Positions 18,437 through 27,701 are shown, counted from the first letter of the stretch. The stretch: 42,381 nt of DNA from an uncultured Pseudomonadales bacterium (GCA_964574065.1 CAZNKS010000003.1:1-42381), one strand, 5' to 3'. A program made the numbers and translations. Notes: generated by a model from the sequence alone, not told the origin.

Positions 18437-18916
18437 CTACCAACGGAAATGTGCAAATGCCTTGTTCGCATCGGCCATACGGTGCATCGTGGTTCTCTTT
18501 GCGATAGCTCCACCTTCACCTTTTAAGGCATCCATAATTTCAGCAGCCAACTTCTCACCAAAAGTATGATATGAAGTACTTGGACGCTTTCTGGCTTCTT
18601 CAATTAACCAGCGGACTGCGAGGGAAAATCCTCGTGGTCCACGAACTGGCATAGGAACTTGGTATGCAGCTCCACCCACACGACGGGAACGAACTTCCAT
18701 TTGTGGGGTGATTGCACGCAAGGCATCTTCGAAAATTTCTAATGGCTCTTTTTCAAGCTTCTCTGACAAGAGATCAAACGCCAGATAGATCTGTGTTCTC
18801 GCTGCAGATTTCTTGCCATCTTTCATTGCGCGGTTAATAAGTTTGGCAATCTTGACTGATCCAAACCGTGGATCAGCGGCTACTTGCCGTCTTGGTTGTG
18901 ATTTTGCACGTGCCAT
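18437..18916 (-). CDS. rpsG: 30S ribosomal protein S7
   Basis: It ends with the canonical ANKAFAHFRW and contains MEVRSRRVGGAAYQVP. Confidence 0.97.
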   Translation of the reverse strand: MARAKSQPRRQVAADPRFGSVKIAKLINRAMKDGKKSAARTQIYLAFDLLSEKLEKEPLEIFEDALRAITPQMEVRSRRVGGAAYQVPMPVRGPRGFSLAVRWLIEEARKRPSTSYHTFGEKLAAEIMDALKGEGGAIAKRTTMHRMADANKAFAHFRW

Positions 18917-18927
18917 ATATTTTTGTG

Positions 18928-18959
18928 ACGAGCTACGTATATTTCGTAGTGCTTCGTCC
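18928..18959 (-). promoter_or_regulatory. Bulged hairpin in the rpsL-rpsG spacer (possible S7 operator)
   Basis: The minus RNA forms GACGA(A)GC(AC)UACG-AAAUAUA-CGUAGCUCGUC. It ends 11 nt before the rpsG AUG. Confidence 0.3.
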
Positions 18960-19009
18960 GTATACTCCTGTATTTTTAATTTGCAAAGCTATATGTTATT
19001 TGAACAAGT

Positions 19010-19426
19010 TTACGCTTTCTTTGGTTTCTTTACTCCGTATTTACTTCTACTTGTCATTCGTTTTGCAACTCCTTGGCAGTCAAATTTCCCACGAACAATG
19101 TGGTATTTCACACCTGGAAGGTCTTTGACGCGGCCACCACGGACGAGCACAATACTGTGCTCTGCAAGGTTGTGACCCTCACCCATGATATAGGCGGTGA
19201 CTTCTTGTTTGTTTGATAAACGGACACGAGCAACCTTACGCAAAGCTGAGTTTGGTTTCTTAGGAGTCATGGTTTTGACAACGACACAAACACCACGCTT
19301 TTGTGGGTTAGCGGTTTTGGTGATCTCACGAGTGCGAGTGTTGTATGACTTACGAAGAGCCGTTGCTTTGACGCGGGTGCGTTTGTTGCTGCGGCCTTTT
19401 CTGATCAGTTGGTTGATTGTAGGCAT
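19010..19426 (-). CDS. rpsL: 30S ribosomal protein S12
   Basis: It starts [12 protein letters not shown] and contains [10 protein letters not shown] and [13 protein letters not shown]. Confidence 0.98.
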   Translation of the reverse strand: MPTINQLIRKGRSNKRTRVKATALRKSYNTRTREITKTANPQKRGVCVVVKTMTPKKPNSALRKVARVRLSNKQEVTAYIMGEGHNLAEHSIVLVRGGRVKDLPGVKYHIVRGKFDCQGVAKRMTSRSKYGVKKPKKA

Positions 19427-19441
19427 AGCCTTCCTTTAATA

Positions 19442-19467
19442 CAAAAAAACAACCCATGGGGGTTGTC
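19442..19467 (-). promoter_or_regulatory. Terminator-like hairpin plus U7 immediately upstream of the rpsL RBS
   Basis: The minus RNA reads ACAACCC-CCAU-GGGUUGU-UUUUUU, then GUAUUAAAGGAAGGCUAUG (the SD and start of rpsL). Confidence 0.5.
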
Positions 19468-19564
19468 GTCTTTATGAATACCAAATAAAGAATACACTTC
19501 TCTTACTCCTGTCATTTTCGTTTGAAGGGAATGACCGGGATCCCATGCTTCAGAGAAGAGGTTG

Positions 19565-19593
19565 ATGATACCACACCCCAAGGATTTCGACAA
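19565..19593 (-). promoter_or_regulatory. Sigma70-like promoter with extended -10 for the str cluster
   Basis: The minus strand has TTGTCG (19593-19588), a 17-nt spacer, and TGGTATCAT (19573-19565). This predicts a leader of about 130 nt. Confidence 0.5.
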
Positions 19594-19610
19594 GGATAGG
19601 AGGGTTTGCT

Positions 19611-20201
19611 TTAGGCTAATTTGGCTTCCAAAGCATCCAGAATTCCAATCCCCGTGGAGAGTGCCCAGGTTGATGCTTCTTCGTCCACGATCGCACCATG
19701 GACTGCTTTGTTGAGTACGTGCAGCAAGTCAGAAAGCACTACCCCTTCTTCAACTGACAAGATATCCTCACGCACCAGATGGCGCAACAACACGACCGAT
19801 GACGAGAGATTCTCGAGTTCGTTCTGTTTGGCAAGCTTGAGAAGCACACGCTCCACCTCAATCCGCAGCCCTGCCAAAGCCAGATTGGGATCTATAGAAG
19901 CGACTGTTTCAAATGTATAGGTCTTCTTACCAAGTTTTCTTTTTTTGGCGATTAAACCTGAATCTTTAGCGTCTTCCCCAAGCTGTTCTAGCTCCTTGAG
20001 TTCGACTTTCACACCCCAAGGTAGCTCAATGTGTTTGATGATTGGTGCAATCCACGGCAAAAATGCTAGTGCTAGAAGAAGCAAAGCTGTCGTATCAATA
20101 ACTAGATGAGGAAAAAGGATATGAAGCAGTAAAATCCCAAGAGCAATGAGGGAAACTATAACTTTAATTGTATGCCATTCTAACGGAGTTAGGGTTTTCA
20201 T
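19611..20201 (-). CDS. Hypothetical membrane protein (2 TM) with a DUF4145-like helical C-terminal domain
   Basis: The ATG is at 20199-20201 (the track start at 20210 is a TTG). There are two N-terminal TM helices. The C-terminal pattern is LAGLRIEVERVLLKL...LLRHLVREDILS...LLHVLNKAVHG. From memory, this resembles the DUF4145 layout (R..E ... GN.aaH). Confidence 0.55.
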   Translation of the reverse strand: MKTLTPLEWHTIKVIVSLIALGILLLHILFPHLVIDTTALLLLALAFLPWIAPIIKHIELPWGVKVELKELEQLGEDAKDSGLIAKKRKLGKKTYTFETVASIDPNLALAGLRIEVERVLLKLAKQNELENLSSSVVLLRHLVREDILSVEEGVVLSDLLHVLNKAVHGAIVDEEASTWALSTGIGILDALEAKLA

Positions 20202-20210
20202 TAAATCCAA

Positions 20211-20239
20211 ACTATACCCAAATATATAGTGTCCCGCAA
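20211..20239 (-). promoter_or_regulatory. Promoter-like motif for the 196-aa gene (near-leaderless)
   Basis: The minus strand has TTGCGG (20239-20234), a 17-nt spacer, and TATAGT (20216-20211). Only 9 nt separate it from the ATG and there is no SD. Confidence 0.4.
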
Positions 20240-20251
20240 GCAGATCTTTTT

Positions 20252-20281
20252 ATACCAAAAGAGGCAGGTTTCCCTACCTCT
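20252..20281 (-). terminator. Hairpin terminator downstream of rpoC
   Basis: The minus RNA forms AGAGGUAGG-GAAA-CCUGCCUCU (9 bp with a GAAA tetraloop), followed by UUUGGUAU. It begins 27 nt after the rpoC stop. The U-tract is short. Confidence 0.5.
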
Positions 20282-20307
20282 TTGTTCTTTCGCTTCAAAT
20301 ACTGTCC

Positions 20308-23300
20308 TTAGTGCATGACTGCACGTTCTGGACTGGTTGGGATTAACCTACCAATAATGACGTTTTCTTTGAGTCCGACCAAGTCATCAATGCGTCCTTC
20401 GGAAGCAGCATCGGTAAGGATGTGCGTGGTTTCCATGAAGGAAGCAGCGGAGAGCCAAGACTGCGTAAAGAGTGATGCACGGGTAATACCAAGGATCAGA
20501 ACCTGAGCAGTTGCTGGTTCTCCACCCTGAGCAAGTACCGATTGATTCTCTTCATAGAATCGAGCTTTTTCAATGATTTCGCCAGGTAAGAATGATGTGT
20601 TGCCCGGAGTTTCGATACGGACCTTATCACTCATCTTCTTCACGATGACCTCAAAGTGACGATCGTTAATTGGAATACCCTGTCCTTCGTACACTTTTTG
20701 AATTTCATCAATCAAGTATACTTGGGCAGCACGCATGCCACGGATTTCCAAGACTTCTTTGATATCCAATGGACCATGTGCAAGCTGGGTTCCAGCTACA
20801 ATCATGTCATTGTTGGCTACTGCTAGGGTACTGGTCAATGGGATTGTGTACTCAACCACATCATCCTCATTGTTTGGATTGACGACTTTCACTACTCGTC
20901 CCACTTCGGAATCTTGCACTTGTACTCGTCCTGAAACTTCGGCAATTGGAGACACTGATTTTGGAACACGAGCTTCAAATAACTCCTCGACACGTGGCAA
21001 ACCTTGGGTCACGTCCAAACCGACGATACCTCCAGTGTGCTTCACACGCATTGTCAGCTGGGTACCAGGTTCACCAATACTTTGAGCTGCAACCACACCG
21101 ACAGGCGTTCCGAGTGAAACTAACTGTTTCGTTGAGAAATCCCAGCCATAACACTTTGAACACATACCGACTCGAGCTGCACAAGATAATGGAGAACGAA
21201 CCATGACAGAACTTACATCACTGGTTTCAATTTCTGCGGCAAGAACTTCAGTCAAGAGTTCACCGGCTGCAACAATCGTTTTTCCTTTTGAGTCAACAGC
21301 ATCTGAGAGCAAAATTCGTCCCATGATACGGTTTTTGAACATCTTCTCACGCGTACCTTCTCGGATAATCTCCAATCCTTCGGTTGTTTGACAGTCTTCT
21401 TCACGAATAATGGCTTCGTGTGCAACGTCAACCAAACGACGAGTCAGGTATCCTGCGTCAGCAGTTTTGAGAGCTGAGTCAGTTAATCCTTTACGAGATC
21501 CACGCGCAGAGGTTACGTATTCGAAAATCGTTAACCCTTCACGGAAGTTACTCTTTGTTGGCATGTCCACGATTTTTCCAAGTGGGTCAACCACGAGTCC
21601 ACGCATAGCTCCAAGCTGTTTCACCTGGTCTTTACTAGCACGAGTACCTCCAGAGTTGATCATGATCTTGACTGCGTTATCTTCACGAAGTGCTGCCCAT
21701 GTCTTCTCTGCAATGTCATCAGTGGTTTCAAGCCAAACCTGTTGAGTCAAACGACGCTTTTCATCCAAGGTAATCAATCCGTTTGCATAGGATTCTTCAA
21801 TTTCTTCTGCCTTTTTGTTGGCAGCTTCGACGATGTCATCTTTTTGTTCGATCATTTGACAATCAGAGACAGCCACAGACAAGCCTGAATAGGTTGCAGC
21901 TGCAAATCCTAAGTTTTTGACCGAGTCAATCAAATGCATAACTTCATCGGAAGATAGCGTTGCGATTGCTTTCTTAACCAGATCTTTAATAACTCCGGCT
22001 GTAATTGGAGCATTCATAAAGCCTAAGAAACTTGGGAGTACTGCATTGAACTGAATGCGTCCAACTGTTGTTTCTACGATTTCCGGTTTTCCTGTCAGGT
22101 TCAAGCGAACTTTAATCAGTTGACGCTGTGTAATCTTGCCTGATTGATAGGCTCGTTCTGCTTCGATATCACTTGCAAAGATGGTGGGAGCAACTGGTAA
22201 TGACGTATCAACAGACGTCATATAGTAGGCACCCATTGCCATTTCTTTGTTTGGAACCGTGATAGGTGATCCATCTGCAGGTTTGAGCAAGTTATGATGT
22301 GCTGTCATCAAGCTTCTCGCTTCTTCTTTCGCTTGTTCTGTCAATGGAACGTGAACAGCCATCTGGTCTCCATCGAAGTCTGCGTTGTATCCTGCACACA
22401 CACAAGGATGTAGTCGGATTGCGTTTCCTTCAATAAGCACTGGGAAGAACGCTTGAATACCGAGTTTATGCAAGGTTGGGGCACGGTTGAGAAGTACTGG
22501 ATAGTTTTCAATGATTCGTTCAAGAATATCGAACACTTCTGGACTTCTTCGTTCCAATGTATGTTTTGCGCTCTTTAAGTTTGGAGCAATTCCCTGCTTG
22601 ATCAGTTCACGCAATACATGTGGTCTAAACATTTCAAGTGCCATGTCTTTTGGCAAACCACATTGATTGAGGTTGAGTTCTGGGCCGACAACAATAACTG
22701 AACGACCTGAGTAGTCAACACGCTTACCAAGCAAGTTCTGACGGAATCGTCCTTGCTTTCCTCGCAACATTTCTGAGAGTGAGCGCAAAGGCTTCTTCAA
22801 GGTTCGGCGACGTGTTACCTTGGTTTGACTGGAGTCAACCAATGCATCAACTGCTTCCTGCAGCATGCGCTTTTCATTACGCAAAATGATTTCAGGAGCA
22901 CCCAAATCCATCAAGTGCTTCAAGCGGTTGTTACGGTTGATAACCCGACGATACAAATCGTTTAAGTCAGAGGTCGCAAAGCGTCCACCGGAAAGCTGTA
23001 CCATTGGTCGCAAATCTGGTGGAATAACAGGTAATACTTTCAATAGCATCCACTCTGGTTTGATTCCAGATTTTCGAAATCCTTCGACAACACGCAGTCG
23101 CTTGGTTGCTTTAACTCGCTTTTGTCCCACTGCTTCACGAACTTCTTCAACCAATTCTCCAGAGAGCTGGTCAAGATCAATGCCTCGGATAACTTCAAGC
23201 AAGGCTTCTGCACCCATGCCCACACGAAGATGAGAAGCTGCATTGTATTCATCAAGCTTTAGATATTCATCTTCAGTCAAGATTGTGCGTGGGCGGAAAC

Positions 23301-24006
23301 GCTTCACCATTTCCTTAATGGTCTTGTACACTTCTTGGGTTTGCTCAGTTGCGACATCAAGTTCATCTTTGAGCGATGCGACTTGCTGTTTCGCTTTGAG
23401 CTCCAAGGCTTCTCGCTTCAATTCTTGGGCTTCTTTCCCTTTTACTTTCTCTTTGAGTGCAGCTTTATCTTCACTAAGTCGAGTCTTTACTTCTTCCATC
23501 TTACGAGCAGTCTCTTCTTTGAGACGCTCTAAAGCAGCTTCACAGTCAACGTCGAGTTGTTCAAGAATTTTGGTTCGCTCATCTTCGTCAACTTCCAAAA
23601 CAATGTACTGACTAAAGTACACAATTGAAGACAAATTGCGTGGAGAAATATCGAGGAGCAATGACAACTTACTTGGAGCCCCTTTGAAAAACCAAATGTG
23701 AGCCACGTGGGTTGCAAGTTCAATGTGACCCATGCGTTCACGGCGAACACGACTTTGTGTTACTTCGACGCCACATTTATCACAAATGATTCCTTTGTAG
23801 CGACTACGCTTGTACTTTCCACAGTAACATTCCCAGTCTTTGGTTGGTCCAAAGATTTCTTCAGCAAACAATCCTGATTTTTCTGGTTTGAGCGTTCTGT
23901 AGTTGATTGTTTCTGGTTTGGTTACATGACCGTGAGACCAGGAACGAATCGTGTCAGGTGATGCGAGTTGAATCTTGAGTGCGGAAAAATCTACAACTTG
24001 TTTCAT
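20308..24006 (-). CDS. rpoC: DNA-directed RNA polymerase subunit beta prime
   Basis: It has the catalytic NADFDGDQM motif and an N-terminal zinc-binding CxC...CxxC pattern. It is 1232 aa and has the SD AAGGAG. Confidence 0.98.
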   Translation of the reverse strand: MKQVVDFSALKIQLASPDTIRSWSHGHVTKPETINYRTLKPEKSGLFAEEIFGPTKDWECYCGKYKRSRYKGIICDKCGVEVTQSRVRRERMGHIELATHVAHIWFFKGAPSKLSLLLDISPRNLSSIVYFSQYIVLEVDEDERTKILEQLDVDCEAALERLKEETARKMEEVKTRLSEDKAALKEKVKGKEAQELKREALELKAKQQVASLKDELDVATEQTQEVYKTIKEMVKRFRPRTILTEDEYLKLDEYNAASHLRVGMGAEALLEVIRGIDLDQLSGELVEEVREAVGQKRVKATKRLRVVEGFRKSGIKPEWMLLKVLPVIPPDLRPMVQLSGGRFATSDLNDLYRRVINRNNRLKHLMDLGAPEIILRNEKRMLQEAVDALVDSSQTKVTRRRTLKKPLRSLSEMLRGKQGRFRQNLLGKRVDYSGRSVIVVGPELNLNQCGLPKDMALEMFRPHVLRELIKQGIAPNLKSAKHTLERRSPEVFDILERIIENYPVLLNRAPTLHKLGIQAFFPVLIEGNAIRLHPCVCAGYNADFDGDQMAVHVPLTEQAKEEARSLMTAHHNLLKPADGSPITVPNKEMAMGAYYMTSVDTSLPVAPTIFASDIEAERAYQSGKITQRQLIKVRLNLTGKPEIVETTVGRIQFNAVLPSFLGFMNAPITAGVIKDLVKKAIATLSSDEVMHLIDSVKNLGFAAATYSGLSVAVSDCQMIEQKDDIVEAANKKAEEIEESYANGLITLDEKRRLTQQVWLETTDDIAEKTWAALREDNAVKIMINSGGTRASKDQVKQLGAMRGLVVDPLGKIVDMPTKSNFREGLTIFEYVTSARGSRKGLTDSALKTADAGYLTRRLVDVAHEAIIREEDCQTTEGLEIIREGTREKMFKNRIMGRILLSDAVDSKGKTIVAAGELLTEVLAAEIETSDVSSVMVRSPLSCAARVGMCSKCYGWDFSTKQLVSLGTPVGVVAAQSIGEPGTQLTMRVKHTGGIVGLDVTQGLPRVEELFEARVPKSVSPIAEVSGRVQVQDSEVGRVVKVVNPNNEDDVVEYTIPLTSTLAVANNDMIVAGTQLAHGPLDIKEVLEIRGMRAAQVYLIDEIQKVYEGQGIPINDRHFEVIVKKMSDKVRIETPGNTSFLPGEIIEKARFYEENQSVLAQGGEPATAQVLILGITRASLFTQSWLSAASFMETTHILTDAASEGRIDDLVGLKENVIIGRLIPTSPERAVMH

Positions 24007-24014
24007 ACGTCTCC

Positions 24015-27000
24015 TTATTCTTGATTAGCCAAATCTTCAGCAGATGGCTCGCGCTCATCCTCTACTTCTTGTGACTCTTCAAAGTCATCTTCTTCACCTG
24101 TCTCTGTCCCTCCTGCATCTTCTTGCTCGGCTGAAGGATCGATGATCATACTTGGATCATCAGCAACGACTGTTTGTCCAGATGCATCAGAAAGATTTTC
24201 CTTGGTTCCAACATCTTCCTTGGTTTCTACAATTTCAGGCTCTTCCATGACCACATCAAGTCCTAAAGAGTTGAGCTCTCGCATCAAAACTTTAAAGGAT
24301 TCTGGAATACTACTTGCCGGAATGACTTGGTCAGTAACGATCGCTTCAAATGCTTTGGTACGACCAAAGACATCGTCTGACTTGATAGTTAACATTTCTT
24401 GCAATGTGTATGCAGCTTTGTGTGCTTCTAATGCCCAAACTTCCATTTCTCCCAAACGCTGTCCTCCCATTTGTGCTTTTCCTCCGAGAGGTTGCTGGGT
24501 AACTAAGGAGTATGGTCCTGTTGAACGGGCGTGCATCTTGTCATCAACCATGTGGATCAGTTTGAGAATGTATCCCACACCAACAACTGTATCTTCGCTA
24601 TATGCCTGACCTGTCTTTCCATCATAGAGACGGACTTTCCCAGTCACTGGCAAACCAGCTTTCTCTAGTTCTCCATTGATTTTGTCTTCAGAAACTTCTT
24701 CGAAAACTGGAACTGCAACTTTGTAGCCAAGCTTCGAGGCTGCCCACCCAAGGTGTGCTTCCAAAAGCTGTCCCAAGTTCATACGAGCAAGAACAGAGAG
24801 TGGAGAAATGATGATGTCTACTGGAGTACCATCTTCCAAGTATGGAAGATCTTCCTGTGGAACGATCTTACTAATAACACCCTTGTTTCCATGGCGTCCA
24901 GCGAGTTTGTCTCCGACAGTTACCTTACGAATCATGGCAACTTTAACCGTAACAACCTTGTTCACACCCGGATCAAGTTCATCACCCTTGTCACGATCGA
25001 GGATTTTGACATCAATAACAGTTCCGTATTCTCCGTGTGGCATGCGAAGTGAAGTGTCTCGGACTTCACGTGCTTTTTCTCCGAAAATTGCGCGCAATAG
25101 TCGTTCTTCTGCAGTCAGTTCTGTCTCTCCCTTTGGGGCAATCTTTCCAACCAAAATATCATTTGGTCCAACCTCTGCACCGATTGCAACGATACCATCA
25201 GAAGTTAAGTTGCGTCGTTCCATGTCAGAGACGTTTGGAATGTCCGCAGTTAACTCTTCAGGTCCAAGTTTGGTGTCCATGACTTGCGCTTCGTATTCAT
25301 TAATATGAATAGAAGTTAATAAGTCTTGCTTGACCAAACGATCGGAAATAATGATAGCGTCTTCGTATCCCAACCCTTCGTAGGAGGTGTAGGCAATCAA
25401 TAAGTTTTGTCCAAGTGCTAATTCTCCACCTTGTGCTGAAGGACCATCAATAAGAAGGTCTCCCTTCTTTACCTTTTGCCCTGTAATGACTACTGGACGC
25501 TGTGAGTAACAGGTACTTTGTGCAGTTCGATAGAACTTCACAATTGAGTAGACCTCTTTTTTGCCTTCAATGTGAACGTATTCACTTTCTTCGGTTGCTG
25601 GAGTGTCCTTTAACTTTGCAACTTCTTTTTCGTCCAAAGCGATGACAATCTTGTTTCCATCCACAAATTCTACAGTTCCATCATGGCGGGCATAGACAAC
25701 ACGTCCCATAGAAGCTGCGACTGCTGTTTCCATACCAGTGCCGACAACTGGACTACTTGGTTTAAGTAATGGGACAGCCTGACATTGCATGTGGGTTCCC
25801 ATCAAAGCACGGATAGCTTCGTCGTGAGAAATAAATGGAATCAAAGATGCTGAGGTACCGACCACCTGACGAGGAACAATATCAATTAATTGGACGCGCT
25901 CAACTGAGCCTTCCAAGAATTCATTGCCTGTTCGGATAGGTACCCATTCTTCAACGATCTGTCCATTAGAATCGATATCAATACCAGCATGGGTAATAAC
26001 GTAATCTTCTTCCTCATCTGCGGCGATATAAACAATCTCATCAGTTACTTTCATTTTGACACTGTCACCTTTTTCAATTCGTTCAACCTTACGGTATGGA
26101 GCTTCTAAGAAGCCGTATTCGTTCACTCGAGAATAGAGTGACATGTAGGTCACCAAACCGATGTTCTGTCCTTCTGGTGAACGAACCGGGTCAATACGGG
26201 AGTACTGTGAAGCATTAATGTCACGCATAGAGAAACTTGCACGCTCTCTGGTAACTCCACCCGATCCCATTACTGATAAACGGCGAAGGTTATCAACCTC
26301 AGAAAGTGGGTTCGTTTGGTCCAAAATGGTAGACAAACGATTTCGTCGGAAGAATTCGGAAATGGTGGCAATTAATGGACGAGCGTTCACTAAAGAACTT
26401 GGAGTAAGAAGCTCATCTGTCTTGGACAATGACATCTTTTCACGAATAGCTCGTTCCAAGCGAAGCAATCCAATACGGAATGCATTCGTTAATACAAGCT
26501 CTCCCACTCGGCGAACACGACGGTTAGAGAGGTGATCGATGTCGTCAATTTTTCCTTGACCATTCTGCAAAGTGATCAAGTATTTGATAGCAGCTAAGAT
26601 ATCATCATGAGTTAAGACTTGGTTGTCTTTATTGTTTTCAACAGTAATTTTTAAGCGACGATTGAGTTTGTAGCGGCCTACTCGACCGAGGTCATACCGT
26701 CTGGCATCAAAGAAAAGTTCATGCAAAAGTTCCTGTGCGTTTTCAAGGACTGCGGGTTCACCAGGACGCATCTTTTCATAGATTTCAAGCAAAGCTTCTG
26801 CTGTCGTTGCAGTTGTATCCTTTTGGAGGGTTGCCTGGATATACTGATGGTCTGGATTTGAATCAACATCCTTGAAAGCTTCCAAAATTTCTTCATTCGT
26901 AGCGATTCCAATGGCTCGTAAAAGCGTGGTAACCGCAATTTTGCGGTGCTTGTCAATTTTGACGGTGATCACGTCTCCACGACCTACTGAAAGTTCAAGC

Positions 27001-27494
27001 CATGATCCACGAAGAGGACGAAGTTCTGCATGATACAAAGTTCGACCTGTATTGGGATCAACATCTGCGGAATAGAAAATACCAGGTGCACGGACGAGCT
27101 GGTTCACTACCGCACGTTCAACACCATTGATAATAAAGGTACCTGTTGGGGTCATTTTGGGGATATCACCCAAGAAAACTTCTTGTCGGGTCTGTTGACC
27201 TGTCTGCTTGTTGGTCAAAGTAGCCATGACTCGCAGTGGCATGTCATAGGTAAGGCTCTTGCGACGGGCAATTGCTGGAGAGATCTTTGGTTTGCCCAAT
27301 GTGTATTCTCCAAATTCCAAGCGCCAGTTTTTACGGGTAAAGTCTTCAATACCATTGGTATTGTTGATTTCGTCCAAAGCTTCTCTGATTCCTTCAGAGA
27401 GGAACCATTCATACGATTCTCTTTGAACTTTTGTAAGATCCATTTCTGGGAGAGTAATATCTTGTTTGCCCCAATACTGTCGCGTGGTTTGCAT
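24015..27494 (-). CDS. rpoB: DNA-directed RNA polymerase subunit beta, with an acidic C-terminal tail
   Basis: I chose the ATG at 27492-27494 (MQTTRQYWGK...), which is preceded by the SD AGGAAGG. The track start at 27530 adds 12 aa without an SD. Beta-subunit motifs are present throughout. The last roughly 90 aa are rich in E and D. Confidence 0.97.
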   Translation of the reverse strand: MQTTRQYWGKQDITLPEMDLTKVQRESYEWFLSEGIREALDEINNTNGIEDFTRKNWRLEFGEYTLGKPKISPAIARRKSLTYDMPLRVMATLTNKQTGQQTRQEVFLGDIPKMTPTGTFIINGVERAVVNQLVRAPGIFYSADVDPNTGRTLYHAELRPLRGSWLELSVGRGDVITVKIDKHRKIAVTTLLRAIGIATNEEILEAFKDVDSNPDHQYIQATLQKDTTATTAEALLEIYEKMRPGEPAVLENAQELLHELFFDARRYDLGRVGRYKLNRRLKITVENNKDNQVLTHDDILAAIKYLITLQNGQGKIDDIDHLSNRRVRRVGELVLTNAFRIGLLRLERAIREKMSLSKTDELLTPSSLVNARPLIATISEFFRRNRLSTILDQTNPLSEVDNLRRLSVMGSGGVTRERASFSMRDINASQYSRIDPVRSPEGQNIGLVTYMSLYSRVNEYGFLEAPYRKVERIEKGDSVKMKVTDEIVYIAADEEEDYVITHAGIDIDSNGQIVEEWVPIRTGNEFLEGSVERVQLIDIVPRQVVGTSASLIPFISHDEAIRALMGTHMQCQAVPLLKPSSPVVGTGMETAVAASMGRVVYARHDGTVEFVDGNKIVIALDEKEVAKLKDTPATEESEYVHIEGKKEVYSIVKFYRTAQSTCYSQRPVVITGQKVKKGDLLIDGPSAQGGELALGQNLLIAYTSYEGLGYEDAIIISDRLVKQDLLTSIHINEYEAQVMDTKLGPEELTADIPNVSDMERRNLTSDGIVAIGAEVGPNDILVGKIAPKGETELTAEERLLRAIFGEKAREVRDTSLRMPHGEYGTVIDVKILDRDKGDELDPGVNKVVTVKVAMIRKVTVGDKLAGRHGNKGVISKIVPQEDLPYLEDGTPVDIIISPLSVLARMNLGQLLEAHLGWAASKLGYKVAVPVFEEVSEDKINGELEKAGLPVTGKVRLYDGKTGQAYSEDTVVGVGYILKLIHMVDDKMHARSTGPYSLVTQQPLGGKAQMGGQRLGEMEVWALEAHKAAYTLQEMLTIKSDDVFGRTKAFEAIVTDQVIPASSIPESFKVLMRELNSLGLDVVMEEPEIVETKEDVGTKENLSDASGQTVVADDPSMIIDPSAEQEDAGGTETGEEDDFEESQEVEDEREPSAEDLANQE

Positions 27495-27511
27495 AGTCGC
27501 CTTCCTAAAAG

Positions 27512-27547
27512 AACACAAAAAACAAGGCAACGGATTGTTTGCCTTGT
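27512..27547 (-). promoter_or_regulatory. Terminator-like hairpin plus U-tract immediately upstream of the rpoB RBS
   Basis: The minus RNA reads ACAAGGCAA-ACAAUCCG-UUGCCUUGU-UUUUUGUGUUCUUUU, then AGGAAGG and the AUG. The stem is 9 bp. Confidence 0.55.
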
Positions 27548-27672
27548 TCTACTTTTTTAGTACGTTAGAATTGCCAAATCTGACGCATGAGATGCCCAAT
27601 ACTCGCTAGTGTTGCGTTGTGCTTAAAAATTTACGAAACTCTTACCTTGTTTTACACCACTAAAGTCAAATG

Positions 27673-27701
27673 ATTATACGAGAATCTTTCTCAAGATGCA
27701 A
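27673..27701 (-). promoter_or_regulatory. Near-consensus sigma70-like promoter for rpoBC
   Basis: The minus strand has TTGCAT (27701-27696), a 17-nt spacer, and TATAAT (27678-27673). This predicts a leader of about 170 nt. Confidence 0.55.

Noticed and set aside
19405-19593. A 62-aa minus-strand ORF spans the rpsL leader and overlaps the rpsL start.
   Set aside because: It starts inside the promoter-like motif, runs through the terminator-like hairpin and overlaps rpsL out of frame. The region is better explained as a structured non-coding leader.
27495-27530. The ORF track gives longer N-terminal extensions for rpoB (27530), map (1655), infA (745), alaS (36751), the 679-aa gene (34807), ftsK (39979), ldh (29461), the 196-aa gene (20210) and the HTH gene (42286).
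   Set aside because: Where I checked the codon (all of these except rpoB, map and the 679-aa gene), the longer start is TTG or GTG. Most lack an SD and some overlap promoter-like motifs or the upstream gene. Internal ATG starts (GTG with a strong SD for ftsK) fit homologous N-termini better. These choices remain inferences.
20315-27560. There are many ORFs of 60-176 aa on the plus strand or in other minus-strand frames inside rpoC and rpoB, for example 22865-23233, 23243-23611, 24142-24609, 24808-25308, 26161-26535 and 27030-27560.
   Set aside because: They lie entirely within, and either antisense to or out of frame with, unambiguous RNAP genes. Their composition is low-complexity and rich in Ser, Thr and Arg, as expected from reading a coding strand backwards. 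They have no start-site signals.
27557-27580. A 7-codon mini-ORF (MRQIWQF) lies in the rpoB leader and could be a leader peptide.
   Set aside because: It has no SD and no run of regulatory codons. It is mentioned only as a detail in the leader finding and is not called as a feature.
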